Part shown: positions 13,415 through 21,770 of the stretch, in pieces
How positions within the stretch are numbered: position 1 is the first letter of the stretch
How the letters are laid out: each line of letters begins with the position of its first letter
UHGV virus genome: UHGV-1845973
Strand: one strand, 5' to 3'
Source of the DNA: a virus
DNA: 21,770 bases
The notes under the pieces: generated by a model
Told to the model about the DNA's origin: nothing
The model's input: the letters and a program-made list of their open reading frames with translations, nothing else
The model's database searches: none
Program-made: the position numbers and the translations under genes

Positions 13415-16400
13415 ATGGATATCAGCCCATTAGTGACGTTGAACAATTACCGCAATGGCGAGCACTCCATATGTCAAAAGCCCTGGAAGAAAAATACAAA
13501 GCTCAAGCCGGGAAACGTTGATCGCGCTGGTAAAAGAGAGGTTATTTTGAAAGAGAATAAAGACCGTATCGCAATAATTGACGCTATTCAGGAAGCGAGC
13601 ACAAACGAACTTAAAGCTCTTGCTGAGGTAAAAGACGCCATTCTTTCTGGGGCAAGCACCATAACTCAACAGGACGAAAGGCAAGGCAGAGTTAGCAACA
13701 GACTATCACGCAGGCGTAAAGAGTACGAGCAAAGTACATCTGATAGCGTTAGAGATGTCCAAACTAACCCATATAAAAAACGTCTCCCTGCTAAAAAGGA
13801 GAGGGCACCGATAAACCAAACCGTGGACCGCTCTATCGTTGCAACGAACACACCAGAAAGTGTTCGCTCCGTGCAATCACGTCAGACCATCCGAAAATCG
13901 GACGGTTTTATACCGGTAGCTGCTAATTCAGCCCCTCTTGAACCACAATCCCCCCAAAGTCTAAAAGGCCCGCTGCGGGATAGTAATGGACGTTTTGTAT
14001 CCCAAAAAAGCAATGAGGATGTAGCCAGAAAAAAAGAATTGCAGAACGCACGTAAAGCCGACGCAAAATTACAAGCTGGCTTTCTCAGAAAGCTAGGTTC
14101 CATTATGGGGGTAGATGGCAATCGGTCTTCCAGTGAAGAGTCTTTAACAAATGCAGCTGGTGTCGGTGCTGGTGGGCCGTTCTGGATGGCGGCTCGTGGC
14201 ATGTACGACATAACTAAAGAGATCACAGGTAAAGCAGAATCTCTTAAAGAATGGGTAGAAAAGGGGAAAAAAGAAACATCAACCTCGAAAGCAATATCAC
14301 CAGTAATTACTTATCCGGCGGCGGTGAATTCTCAAAAAGCAACATCTGCAAAAGCGTTCAATAACGCTGTTGAGACAAAATCCGCACAAGCAGTAGAAGA
14401 GCAAACCAAAATCCTTCAGACCAATGACAACAAAATAATTGATGGTCTGGAAAATGTTTCTGACGAGATAGTTAAGCTTCGGAAATCAGTGTCTTCTGGA
14501 AATAAGTTCGGCTTAAGTGATCTCTGGAAAAATCGAGCAAGCAGAAGAAATAAAATCAATATTGGTGATCAGACGGGAAAAAATAAACGGAACAAATCGA
14601 AAAGGAAAGGACGCAATCTTGGGAAAAAAGCACTCTCCGCTGGCGAAAAAGTTGCTGCCGGTAGCGCTGCGGCTGGCACTGGTGTCGGAGCAGCAAAAGT
14701 AGTTAAAAATAAGATCAGCAAACCCAAAGATGTAAGCACTATCAGCGATACATCAAAGGGGATTGCAAAGGAAACAAAAAATACTGCTAAGGCCGTGAAG
14801 TCAGCTGGTGTTGTGGCTGAAGATGCCACCATTAAAACCGGCGAAGCCATTGCAAAGAAAAAAACTGAATCTGTAGCCCTCAAAAGTGCTGCAAAAATAG
14901 GTGTTAAATCAGCAGCATCCACAGCGGCAAGAGCGGTCCCTATCATCGGTTCGCTGGCAATGGCTGGATATGACGCCATAGATGGTTACACAGATACAGA
15001 GGCGCAAAAGGCAGCCTTTGGATTAAGTGACGATAATGCTGTATCCGAACAGCAAAAAACGGCTTACGCAACAGCTAATGTGCTCGATATGGGGGGCTTG
15101 GTGTCGGGCGCAACGAACTTGATAGGGAAAGGAATTTCTGCGCTAGGATTTGAAAGAGCAGGTGAAAAACTTCAGAATTTTGATACCGGAGATATTGCTC
15201 GTGGTGTTAACGGCGCGGTAGATATCACCAAATCTGTTTTTGGTAGCCTTAAGGATACATTTTTATCCACTGATGAAAACACGAAACAAGTAAAAAAAGC
15301 TGTTGAAGACGGCACCAAAAAAACTGTCGATGCGATTCATTCTCTAGGTGAACAATTACAAGGTGGGCGTAATGGCGAGGATGGAGTTGGTGAGCACGGG
15401 TATACTTCTCCAACTGAATTTAGTGCACCTGCCAACAACACCATTGCAGCGGATCTGAATATTGGCGGCAGCAACGCTAAAAACCGCAATTACCGAAATA
15501 ATAATCTCGGCAATCTTGTTTTTGCCAACCAGGAAGGGGCGACGCTGGAATCGCCAAATGCAAAAGGTGAACAACGTTTTGCGCGATTTAACACACCTGA
15601 AGAAGGGATCAGGGCACTGGCAAACCAGGTTTCCAGCTATTACAACGGCACCAGTGCCGCAGCGGGATATCAGAAGTTACAGACGGTATCCAGCATCATT
15701 TCAAAATGGGCACCGCCAAATGAGAACAATACTAACCAATATATTGATAACGTCAGTAAATATCTTGGTGTATCGCCTAATGAAAAAATAGATGTCAGCA
15801 AACCAGAGGTTATGACGCAATTAGTTCGTGCAATTGCGACGAAAGAAGGCGGAAATCCGGCAGTTAATAATGAGTTCATTAAGAACGCACTTGGAGCATT
15901 TAACACAAACACTGGTCGATGGGAGGGACAATTCTCTGACGAAACATTGGCGCGGATTAATAAAATTCAGAAAGAAAATGGTGGTCAGCTAATTGCCCGC
16001 GATTCGCAATATAGTGTTGGTCGCAAGGTAAAATATGCTAATGGAAAATCTCCAGCTCAACCAGTTTTGAATGCCGTTCCGACAGCAACACAACAGCCAA
16101 TTGAGGTTGCACAACATGCCCAGGCAGTCAAAAAGCCACAAAAAACAGGTAACCAACCACAACCGATTAATCCAGAGAACGCTGATGTTAATACCGGCTC
16201 TCCATCGAGTTTGCTTGAGCGGTTAATCACAATAAATGAAAGCGGAATCAGTGGTGCAAGTAATTTATTTGGCGGCGCGGCTACCAGCCTTGCTGGAACA
16301 AGTCTGGACCTGGTAAAGGATTTTGCGTTGGCTACTTCGTTTGGTTCTATATCTTCGCTTTCCGAAAAAGCGAAAGGAATGGATCAGGCTCTTACTGAAA

Positions 16401-17359
16401 AGATATCCGGCTTAACCGGTAAATCTTTTGGATTTAAAATAGCTTCTCAAGTGGCTGATATCGCAACAGCCATACAACAAAAACGCACTGTTAATCACGA
16501 TACAGAAATCATTGATCTACTTCCGGGAGATCAAGTATCCCCTTCTACTCCGAAAACCCCACAGCAGGAGCAGGCTCTAGCAATCAGCCAGGCTATGGAG
16601 GGCTTTTCATCTGCAGCGCCAGCACCGAAAACCCCACAGCAGGAGCAGGCTCTAGCAATCAACCAGGCTATGGCGGGAGCTGCGCCAGTAGTTACCTCTG
16701 GAAAACGAACTATCACGGCACCAAGTGATGTGCAGATTTATGACAACGGCTACAAGGTGGTTACAGGTGAGGATAAGAGCTTCTTTGGTTCGCTATTTGA
16801 TTCCACGGTGTCAGGGCTTAAACAGACAGGAACCGCAGTAATTCCTGCCGTTGGCGATAACCTTTCACGACTTGTTGGGGGGATTGATAGTACAGGGATA
16901 TTGAACGATCTTGTAATGCAGTCTACTGGGCAGAATAGTGCGATTGCGCGAGCTATTAGCCCATTAACAAGAAATGTTGGAGACTGGCTGAATGGGGGGA
17001 TTCAACAAACCGCTAATAGCATTAGGGGAATAGCAACTGGTGCCAATAACGCCATATTTGGCTCTGCTTCAGCTGTGCAAGAACCTTTTCTTGCTATGCC
17101 GCCACAACTCCCTACTGTAACCGATCTCGCACGAAGCGGAATAAGACAACCATTAACTACTGACACTATAAATAACGATCCTGCTATGTTGAAGGCGCTG
17201 GATAACATCTGCTCTATCCTGAACGATCTGCTGAATGTGAACAAGAACAATACAAAAGGCGATCCGGATAATGTTGTCAAAACATCGCAGCCGCAGCCGC
17301 GACCACGTGCGAGCACAACTATTAATGACCAGTCGCTGGATGCTCTGCTTGAGGATTAA
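13415..17359 (+). CDS. Tail tape-measure / injection protein (P1 Sit-like), 1314 aa
   Basis: It is the largest gene and lies just upstream of the baseplate genes. It has long Ala/Lys/Gly-rich helical and hydrophobic segments typical of tape-measure proteins (AAGSAAAGTGVGAAKVV, VPIIGSLAMAGYDAIDG). A globular domain is embedded at about 15480..15900. The start is ambiguous: ATG 13415 has no SD, while in-frame TTG 13547 has AAGAGAGG 5 nt upstream. Confidence 0.7.
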   Translation: MDISPLVTLNNYRNGEHSICQKPWKKNTKLKPGNVDRAGKREVILKENKDRIAIIDAIQEASTNELKALAEVKDAILSGASTITQQDERQGRVSNRLSRRRKEYEQSTSDSVRDVQTNPYKKRLPAKKERAPINQTVDRSIVATNTPESVRSVQSRQTIRKSDGFIPVAANSAPLEPQSPQSLKGPLRDSNGRFVSQKSNEDVARKKELQNARKADAKLQAGFLRKLGSIMGVDGNRSSSEESLTNAAGVGAGGPFWMAARGMYDITKEITGKAESLKEWVEKGKKETSTSKAISPVITYPAAVNSQKATSAKAFNNAVETKSAQAVEEQTKILQTNDNKIIDGLENVSDEIVKLRKSVSSGNKFGLSDLWKNRASRRNKINIGDQTGKNKRNKSKRKGRNLGKKALSAGEKVAAGSAAAGTGVGAAKVVKNKISKPKDVSTISDTSKGIAKETKNTAKAVKSAGVVAEDATIKTGEAIAKKKTESVALKSAAKIGVKSAASTAARAVPIIGSLAMAGYDAIDGYTDTEAQKAAFGLSDDNAVSEQQKTAYATANVLDMGGLVSGATNLIGKGISALGFERAGEKLQNFDTGDIARGVNGAVDITKSVFGSLKDTFLSTDENTKQVKKAVEDGTKKTVDAIHSLGEQLQGGRNGEDGVGEHGYTSPTEFSAPANNTIAADLNIGGSNAKNRNYRNNNLGNLVFANQEGATLESPNAKGEQRFARFNTPEEGIRALANQVSSYYNGTSAAAGYQKLQTVSSIISKWAPPNENNTNQYIDNVSKYLGVSPNEKIDVSKPEVMTQLVRAIATKEGGNPAVNNEFIKNALGAFNTNTGRWEGQFSDETLARINKIQKENGGQLIARDSQYSVGRKVKYANGKSPAQPVLNAVPTATQQPIEVAQHAQAVKKPQKTGNQPQPINPENADVNTGSPSSLLERLITINESGISGASNLFGGAATSLAGTSLDLVKDFALATSFGSISSLSEKAKGMDQALTEKISGLTGKSFGFKIASQVADIATAIQQKRTVNHDTEIIDLLPGDQVSPSTPKTPQQEQALAISQAMEGFSSAAPAPKTPQQEQALAINQAMAGAAPVVTSGKRTITAPSDVQIYDNGYKVVTGEDKSFFGSLFDSTVSGLKQTGTAVIPAVGDNLSRLVGGIDSTGILNDLVMQSTGQNSAIARAISPLTRNVGDWLNGGIQQTANSIRGIATGANNAIFGSASAVQEPFLAMPPQLPTVTDLARSGIRQPLTTDTINNDPAMLKALDNICSILNDLLNVNKNNTKGDPDNVVKTSQPQPRPRASTTINDQSLDALLED
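16550..16673 (+). repeat. 75-bp-period tandem duplication inside the tape-measure gene
   Basis: The 49-bp cores at 16550..16598 and 16625..16673 differ at a single base. They encode PKTPQQEQALAI(S/N)QAM twice, 25 aa apart. Confidence 0.9.
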
Positions 17360-17364
17360 TACTG

Positions 17365-17739
17365 ATGCTTTACGAAATAGACGCAAGACTTCAAACGAAT
17401 GAGAGCGGTGTCATTATTGCAGAAGGAAGTACCGCAGCATGGATGGCCCGACTTGACGAGTGGCTACGAACCCCTGAAGGGAGTGTTTATGGTTTACCCT
17501 CTTGGGGGAGTCCAATGGAAGAATTTAAGCATGAACCATTCGGCTCTGAAACTTCGCACATAGTTGAAGTGGCTATTGAAGGGAGAATGATGAAAAAACT
17601 ACGACAAGACTTGCCAGGTTTGGATGTGCAGGGGATTCGTTGCACATCAATTTCTGAAGATTCTTTATTAATTAGTTTTTATGCGAAAGGTGGGAGCATG
17701 GATATTGTTATGCAGAAATCAAGTGGGGTGGGCGCGTGA
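17365..17739 (+). CDS. Baseplate wedge protein, gpW/gp25-like
   Basis: The 124-aa product shows the pattern WLRTPEGSVYGLPSWGSPMEEF...IVEVAIEGRMMKKLRQDLPGLDVQGIRCTS...LLISFY. This matches the GPW_gp25 layout (T..G.r...p.fG..l..l.f.......i...i...l....P...v..v.v). It lies directly upstream of the gpJ-like gene. Confidence 0.7.
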   Translation: MLYEIDARLQTNESGVIIAEGSTAAWMARLDEWLRTPEGSVYGLPSWGSPMEEFKHEPFGSETSHIVEVAIEGRMMKKLRQDLPGLDVQGIRCTSISEDSLLISFYAKGGSMDIVMQKSSGVGA

Positions 17740-19166
17740 CGATTACAGAATTACTGGACAAATTTAACGCCAAGTTAAACGAAAACACATGGTGGTCACG
17801 ATTTGTAAATAGTCAGTTTGTGCAGATGCACGCTATATTCGGAGCGCAGCTTATTTATATTGCCCGTACATTTGCAAGCCGCGGCCTCACTGAGGGACTT
17901 ATTTCAACGGCAACGCGTCGCTCAAGTATTTTAGCGGTTGCTGAAGACCGTAGCTACGTAGGGCGATTTGTTAGTGCTTCATACGGAACAACGTCTATAA
18001 CCAATAAAACTGATCGGGATATTACGTTACCAGCCGGGGCTGAATTGCTTGCCAATGACCAAACACCTTTGGCAATTATTAACAGTGTTGTAATTCCTGC
18101 TGGAGGAACTGTTTCTGGCGTAGAAACTAAACAGCATGAAGCTGTTAGCATTACATTTGATATTGAGAAGGAAACTTTATTTCTGACATTGTTGCTTTCC
18201 AGAGAGTTAACAAAAGAAGTCTCTAGCCTGGATGTTTATGTTATTACAGATGGAGTAGAAGAAAAATGGACATATAACCCATTATTTAGAATGTCCAGAG
18301 ACAAGAGTAAGCACTATTCATTGGCATATAAACCTACAGAACAACTTGGAGTCAAGTTTGGTGATGGTTCTATGGGTATGATGCCTCCAGCAGGCTGTCA
18401 GGTTCGAATCGATGTTATGGCTAGCCTTGGCGACTATACTTTGGCTGAAGGACAAAAGTTAGAACCGGCTGGAAATATCGCTCAATATGCGGAGTCACTA
18501 GAGTTTAAAACTGATTCGATCATTACCGGTGGTAGTGGTATGGAAACTACAGAAGAAACTCGAAATCGTGCTCAGTATTATGTTGCATACGATGAACAAG
18601 TGGTATGGGGCGGTGATTATCGCCAATTCATTCAGAATGTTGTTCATGGAACTTCATGGTTGAACGTTTGGGGCGAAGCGTTACAAGAGAAAATAACTGG
18701 GTTTGACGTTCGAAACATCAACAAAATTTTCTTTTGCGGACATAAGCCGGGTGTAAGCCAGGCTCAGCTAAAATCAGAAATACTGAAAGCCCTGGAGAAT
18801 GTTCCAAATGAGTTGAACAAGCGGTTCGAGTATGTAGATACAAATGAACAGCCATTTACTATAAAATTTATAGGTATTGCACGTAAAAATGTTCTGATAG
18901 ACGATGCTCAAAATGCTATTAAAGCAGCGTTGGAAGATAATTTTGGCCGTGATTCGTCATCATTCAGTTTATTACTACAGAGTGATGATGATTCCCAGCA
19001 ATGTTATGCACAGGTAAAAGTTAAAGATATTTGGCGAGTAATAGAGTCTCTGGATATGTTTCTGTCTTACGACATAACAATACAAAATATGAAAGATGCT
19101 GTTTACTTTAATGACTTCATTTATCTTAACGTAAAATCTTCAACGTTCAGCATTTCTTACCCGTAA
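17736..19166 (+). CDS. Baseplate J-like protein (P2 gpJ / T4 gp6 family)
   Basis: The GTG start overlaps the upstream stop (GTGA). The central segment GGSGMETTEETRNRAQYYV resembles the conserved GG.d.Esde.lR.R motif of Baseplate_J proteins. Size and position also fit. Confidence 0.65.
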   Translation: MTITELLDKFNAKLNENTWWSRFVNSQFVQMHAIFGAQLIYIARTFASRGLTEGLISTATRRSSILAVAEDRSYVGRFVSASYGTTSITNKTDRDITLPAGAELLANDQTPLAIINSVVIPAGGTVSGVETKQHEAVSITFDIEKETLFLTLLLSRELTKEVSSLDVYVITDGVEEKWTYNPLFRMSRDKSKHYSLAYKPTEQLGVKFGDGSMGMMPPAGCQVRIDVMASLGDYTLAEGQKLEPAGNIAQYAESLEFKTDSIITGGSGMETTEETRNRAQYYVAYDEQVVWGGDYRQFIQNVVHGTSWLNVWGEALQEKITGFDVRNINKIFFCGHKPGVSQAQLKSEILKALENVPNELNKRFEYVDTNEQPFTIKFIGIARKNVLIDDAQNAIKAALEDNFGRDSSSFSLLLQSDDDSQQCYAQVKVKDIWRVIESLDMFLSYDITIQNMKDAVYFNDFIYLNVKSSTFSISYP

Positions 19167-19176
19167 TGAGGTTAGC

Positions 19177-20022
19177 ATGAAAGATAATTGGCTTAAGGAA
19201 CGATTAACTAAAGTAAAACAGGATTCACATCTCTGGAGTGCATTTATAGACGCTTTACAGGATGTCTGGAATGAGGCAGTAGAACCAATATTAACAAGAA
19301 TAAGTAACAGAAAATCCTTCTTCACTATGGACAGTGAGGATATGGATGCCCGCATTGCTGAATACGGGCGTTTTTTCGTTATCACTGAAAAAGATAATGC
19401 CCGTAGGCCAATGCTTCTGGCGCAGCGTTTAGATGAAGTGCACTTTAAAGGTACTATCTTGCCTATTGAGCAGACATTCTGGCGTGAATTCGGTTGTATT
19501 CCTGTTAGTTGGGAACCGCTGTATGCACCTGTAAATATAGAAAAACACCCCTATGGTTCATATTTTGCGACCGAAATAGAAATACCTACGGCACAGGCTC
19601 AATTCGGTGAGCTCTTCCTGACATCAAGGGGGCTGGTCGTTGTTGATCAGAACAAGCTATATCGCTCATATGGAGAGCAGGATAAAGAAGCCGCTGTGCA
19701 GAAATTGTTATCTGACTTCGAAACAGTAATAGCCCCTTTGTTGCCATTGCATATTGTTTTTGATGGCGTCTCGTTTCGGCTTAGTGCTGTATTCCCTGAA
19801 GTGGCAGAAATATTAAATTACCTGTCTACGGATGTTTCGGTAATTGAAGGTGTTTATGTTACTGAGAGTATGGCTGATATGCTATCCCGTAGTGATACCT
19901 CCTGCCAGGCAGACAATATTTCTCTTAATGCCATACCGAACCGAACGGCAGAAAAGCAATTACATCTTGATGTAACCCCACTCGATGCGTGGCCTTTGGA
20001 TTACCACCTTCAACCTGTTTAA
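19177..20022 (+). CDS. Hypothetical baseplate or tail-fibre attachment protein (position of P2 gpI / P1 gp16)
   Basis: GAGG lies 5 nt upstream of the ATG. The gene follows the gpJ-like gene. The assignment rests on synteny only. Confidence 0.4.
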   Translation: MKDNWLKERLTKVKQDSHLWSAFIDALQDVWNEAVEPILTRISNRKSFFTMDSEDMDARIAEYGRFFVITEKDNARRPMLLAQRLDEVHFKGTILPIEQTFWREFGCIPVSWEPLYAPVNIEKHPYGSYFATEIEIPTAQAQFGELFLTSRGLVVVDQNKLYRSYGEQDKEAAVQKLLSDFETVIAPLLPLHIVFDGVSFRLSAVFPEVAEILNYLSTDVSVIEGVYVTESMADMLSRSDTSCQADNISLNAIPNRTAEKQLHLDVTPLDAWPLDYHLQPV

Positions 20023-20025
20023 TAA

Positions 20026-20051
20026 TTCTTCCCCCGCATTTGGGGGAAGAA
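20026..20051 (+). terminator. Perfect 10-bp hairpin (TTCTTCCCCC-gcattt-GGGGGAAGAA)
   Basis: It lies 4 nt after the stop at 20022. No U-tract follows. It sits immediately upstream of the promoter-like motif at 20058. Confidence 0.4.
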
Positions 20052-20057
20052 CAACGG

Positions 20058-20078
20058 AAATCACAAACTGAGCATACT
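20058..20078 (+). promoter_or_regulatory. Candidate -35-less (late-type) promoter: AAATCACAAA-N5-CATACT
   Basis: This is the third copy of the motif architecture. It lies 39 nt upstream of the ATG at 20117, which heads the tail-fibre operon. Confidence 0.45.
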
Positions 20079-20116
20079 CTCCTTTGGTTCATTGCTTATG
20101 AAGGGGCTATGTTCGT

Positions 20117-20563
20117 ATGGCTGAAAATTTAAAGGTAAGAGATGGTAACCGCCTGTATAAGGCGCAATTACTTTCCTACTATTATTCACGCCGCGCAGAG
20201 TCGGCGATCGGCAAAGGTGCGCGTTTTGTTATCTCTAAGGCGTATTGGTGCAAATCTAGTCTGGTAACTGCTAATGGTGCAGGAGGCTGGAATATAGCGG
20301 ACATTCCGCTCGATTTTAAATTGAGTGGCGCTCAACAGTTTGCTGTGTCCGATCTGATATTGTCCAGCGTGGATGGGATTATCACGATCAATGCAGCCTT
20401 CCCTCAAGAAAGAATGCCGGATAACACGCCTTACGACTTTAACACGCTTGTGCTTGTTGATGCTGAGGAACAGGCTTTTGGTGTGCTTTGCACCCAGCAA
20501 GATACCCTCTATAAAGGTAAACGTTACAGTATTCTCATGACAATCGAGCAAGTTGAGGGTTGA
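20117..20563 (+). CDS. Hypothetical tail-fibre-associated protein (position of P1 gpR)
   Basis: The 148-aa ORF lies directly upstream of the tail fibre gene. The segment FNTLVLVDAEEQAFGVLCTQQDTLYKG loosely recalls the N-terminal domain of P2 gpH (ELGLYDDAGTLIAVAN). I consider this similarity weak. Confidence 0.4.
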   Translation: MAENLKVRDGNRLYKAQLLSYYYSRRAESAIGKGARFVISKAYWCKSSLVTANGAGGWNIADIPLDFKLSGAQQFAVSDLILSSVDGIITINAAFPQERMPDNTPYDFNTLVLVDAEEQAFGVLCTQQDTLYKGKRYSILMTIEQVEG

Positions 20564-20565
20564 TT

Positions 20566-21770
20566 ATGGGGGCTGATAAAACGAACAACATAATGACACT
20601 ATCCTCTGGTGTCTCACAGTCGTTGCTTGCTGATGTTCAATATTTCGAACTCTATAGTAGTCTGGCTCTTAACAGAAAACTAAAAAATATTGTTTTGCCT
20701 GGCTTTTACTGTGGATTTGAACCGGTTCCCGGCACAGGGTTGAGTGTCCGCATAACTTCTGAAAACTCCGAAGGTAAAGGGGCTGCTTCAGTAGATGTAA
20801 ATAATGTTCAGATATCCGTTCAGCAAATAGAAGATGTGACTGTCTCGGTAAAGGCAGGGGCTACCAACATTATTGTGCTGGAAGCCAATTTTGAACATGG
20901 TGTAAAAACGACACAGGTAGATAGCGCATCTTCTGTCAGTGCTGCAAGAATTTACGCGCGTACGGACAATACTATTGGGCAGAATCAAATTGAATTATGT
21001 CGAGTTATCGTGCCTAGCGGCGCAACGGCTGTGACTAAAGAAATGATTGTGCTTAAATACCGGGTTAACCGTGCTGTTGGTGTCGAATTCTCTAATGAAA
21101 TAAGCAGTACAGAAGAAAGAAAAGCGGCTACACCGAAAGCTGTCAAGGCTGCATATGACCTGGCTAACGGGAAGTATACAGCCCAGGATGCAACCACGAC
21201 ACAAAAAGGGATAGTTCAGCTCAGTAGCGACACCAACAGCACTTCTGAAACATTAGCTGCAACTCCAAAAGCGGTTAAAGCTGCATACGATCTAGCAGCC
21301 GGAAAGGCACCATCCAGTCATACACATCCCTGGAATCAGATCACTGGTGTGCCAACAGCTTCATTGACAGCGAAAGGCATCACTCAGCTCAGTAGTGCCA
21401 CTAACAGCACGTCTGAAGTGCTGGCCGCTACACCGAAAGCTGTCAAGGCTGCATATGACCTGGCTAACGGGAAGTACACAGCCCAGGATGCAACCACGAC
21501 ACAAAAAGGGATAGTTCAGCTCAGTAGCGACACCAACAGCACTTCTGAAACATTAGCTGCAACTCCAAAAGCGGTTAAAGCTGCATACGATCTAGCAGCC
21601 GGAAAGGCACCATCCAGTCATACACATCCCTGGAATCAGATCACTGGTGTGCCAACAGCTTCATTGACAGCGAAAGGCATCACTCAGCTCAGTAGTGCCA
21701 CTAACAGCACGTCTGAAGTGCTGGCCGCTACACCGAAAGCTGTCAAGGCTGCATATGACCTGGCTAACGG
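20566..21770 (+). CDS. Tail fibre protein, 5' partial (P2 H / P1 S / Mu S family); the ORF runs off the window
   Basis: It is absent from the ORF track because no stop is reached. I translated from the ATG at 20566 (MGADKTNNIMTLSS...) to the window end and found no stop. It contains repeated SLTAKGITQLSSATNSTSEVLAATPKAVKAAYDLANGKYTAQDATTTQKGIVQLSS motifs, which are nearly identical to the P2 gpH repeats as I recall them. Confidence 0.85.
   Translation, partial: MGADKTNNIMTLSSGVSQSLLADVQYFELYSSLALNRKLKNIVLPGFYCGFEPVPGTGLSVRITSENSEGKGAASVDVNNVQISVQQIEDVTVSVKAGATNIIVLEANFEHGVKTTQVDSASSVSAARIYARTDNTIGQNQIELCRVIVPSGATAVTKEMIVLKYRVNRAVGVEFSNEISSTEERKAATPKAVKAAYDLANGKYTAQDATTTQKGIVQLSSDTNSTSETLAATPKAVKAAYDLAAGKAPSSHTHPWNQITGVPTASLTAKGITQLSSATNSTSEVLAATPKAVKAAYDLANGKYTAQDATTTQKGIVQLSSDTNSTSETLAATPKAVKAAYDLAAGKAPSSHTHPWNQITGVPTASLTAKGITQLSSATNSTSEVLAATPKAVKAAYDLAN
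21127..21770 (+). repeat. 300-bp tandem repeat within the tail fibre gene (2 full copies plus the start of a third)
   Basis: Positions 21127..21426 and 21427..21726 are identical except for one synonymous T/C at 21177/21477. Positions 21727..21770 repeat the unit again exactly. Confidence 0.95.

Noticed and set aside
14569-14979. 136-aa minus-strand ORF inside the tape-measure gene
   Set aside because: It is an antisense shadow of an Ala/Lys-rich coding region and has no independent start signals.

Overview
The window reads as the late (virion and lysis) region of a P1-like myovirus that is maintained as a plasmid prophage (a phage-plasmid). All homology calls come from reading the translations and from memory. 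No searches were run.

Gene content, left to right:
- A ParM-type actin-like partition gene on the minus strand, with an upstream region of 11-bp-phased repeats that could be a parC centromere. A possible parR start runs off the left edge.
- A plus-strand operon encoding a PAAR spike-tip protein, a translationally coupled 268-aa unknown protein, and an overlapped Rz/Rz1-type spanin pair.
- A minus-strand two-gene cassette of unknown function. One product has a C-terminal Arc/MetJ-like ribbon-helix-helix.
- A long plus-strand structural block: a 565-aa putative major capsid protein, a Big_2 Ig-like protein, the tail sheath, an acidic/basic bipolar protein, a tail tube protein and several unknown virion proteins.
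- A complete P1-type plasmid replicon on the opposite strand, sitting in the middle of the tail genes. It has 7 incA-like iterons, repA, 5 incC-like iterons, a GATC heptamer cluster and a DnaA box.
- The block then resumes with a 1314-aa tape-measure/Sit-like protein, gpW/gp25-like and gpJ-like baseplate proteins, and a P2 H / P1 S-type tail fibre that runs off the right edge.

Main observations for follow-up:
- A 10-bp motif, AAAT(C/A)ACAAA, lies exactly 5 nt upstream of a -10-like hexamer in front of three operons.
- A dnaX-type A_AAA_AAG slippery site sits one codon before the capsid stop.
- The PAAR gene is detached from the baseplate cluster and coupled to an unknown gene.
- The antisense two-gene cassette has no assigned function.
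- The tail fibre gene contains a near-perfect 300-bp tandem duplication.

No tRNA, rRNA, CRISPR array, IS element or integrase was seen.
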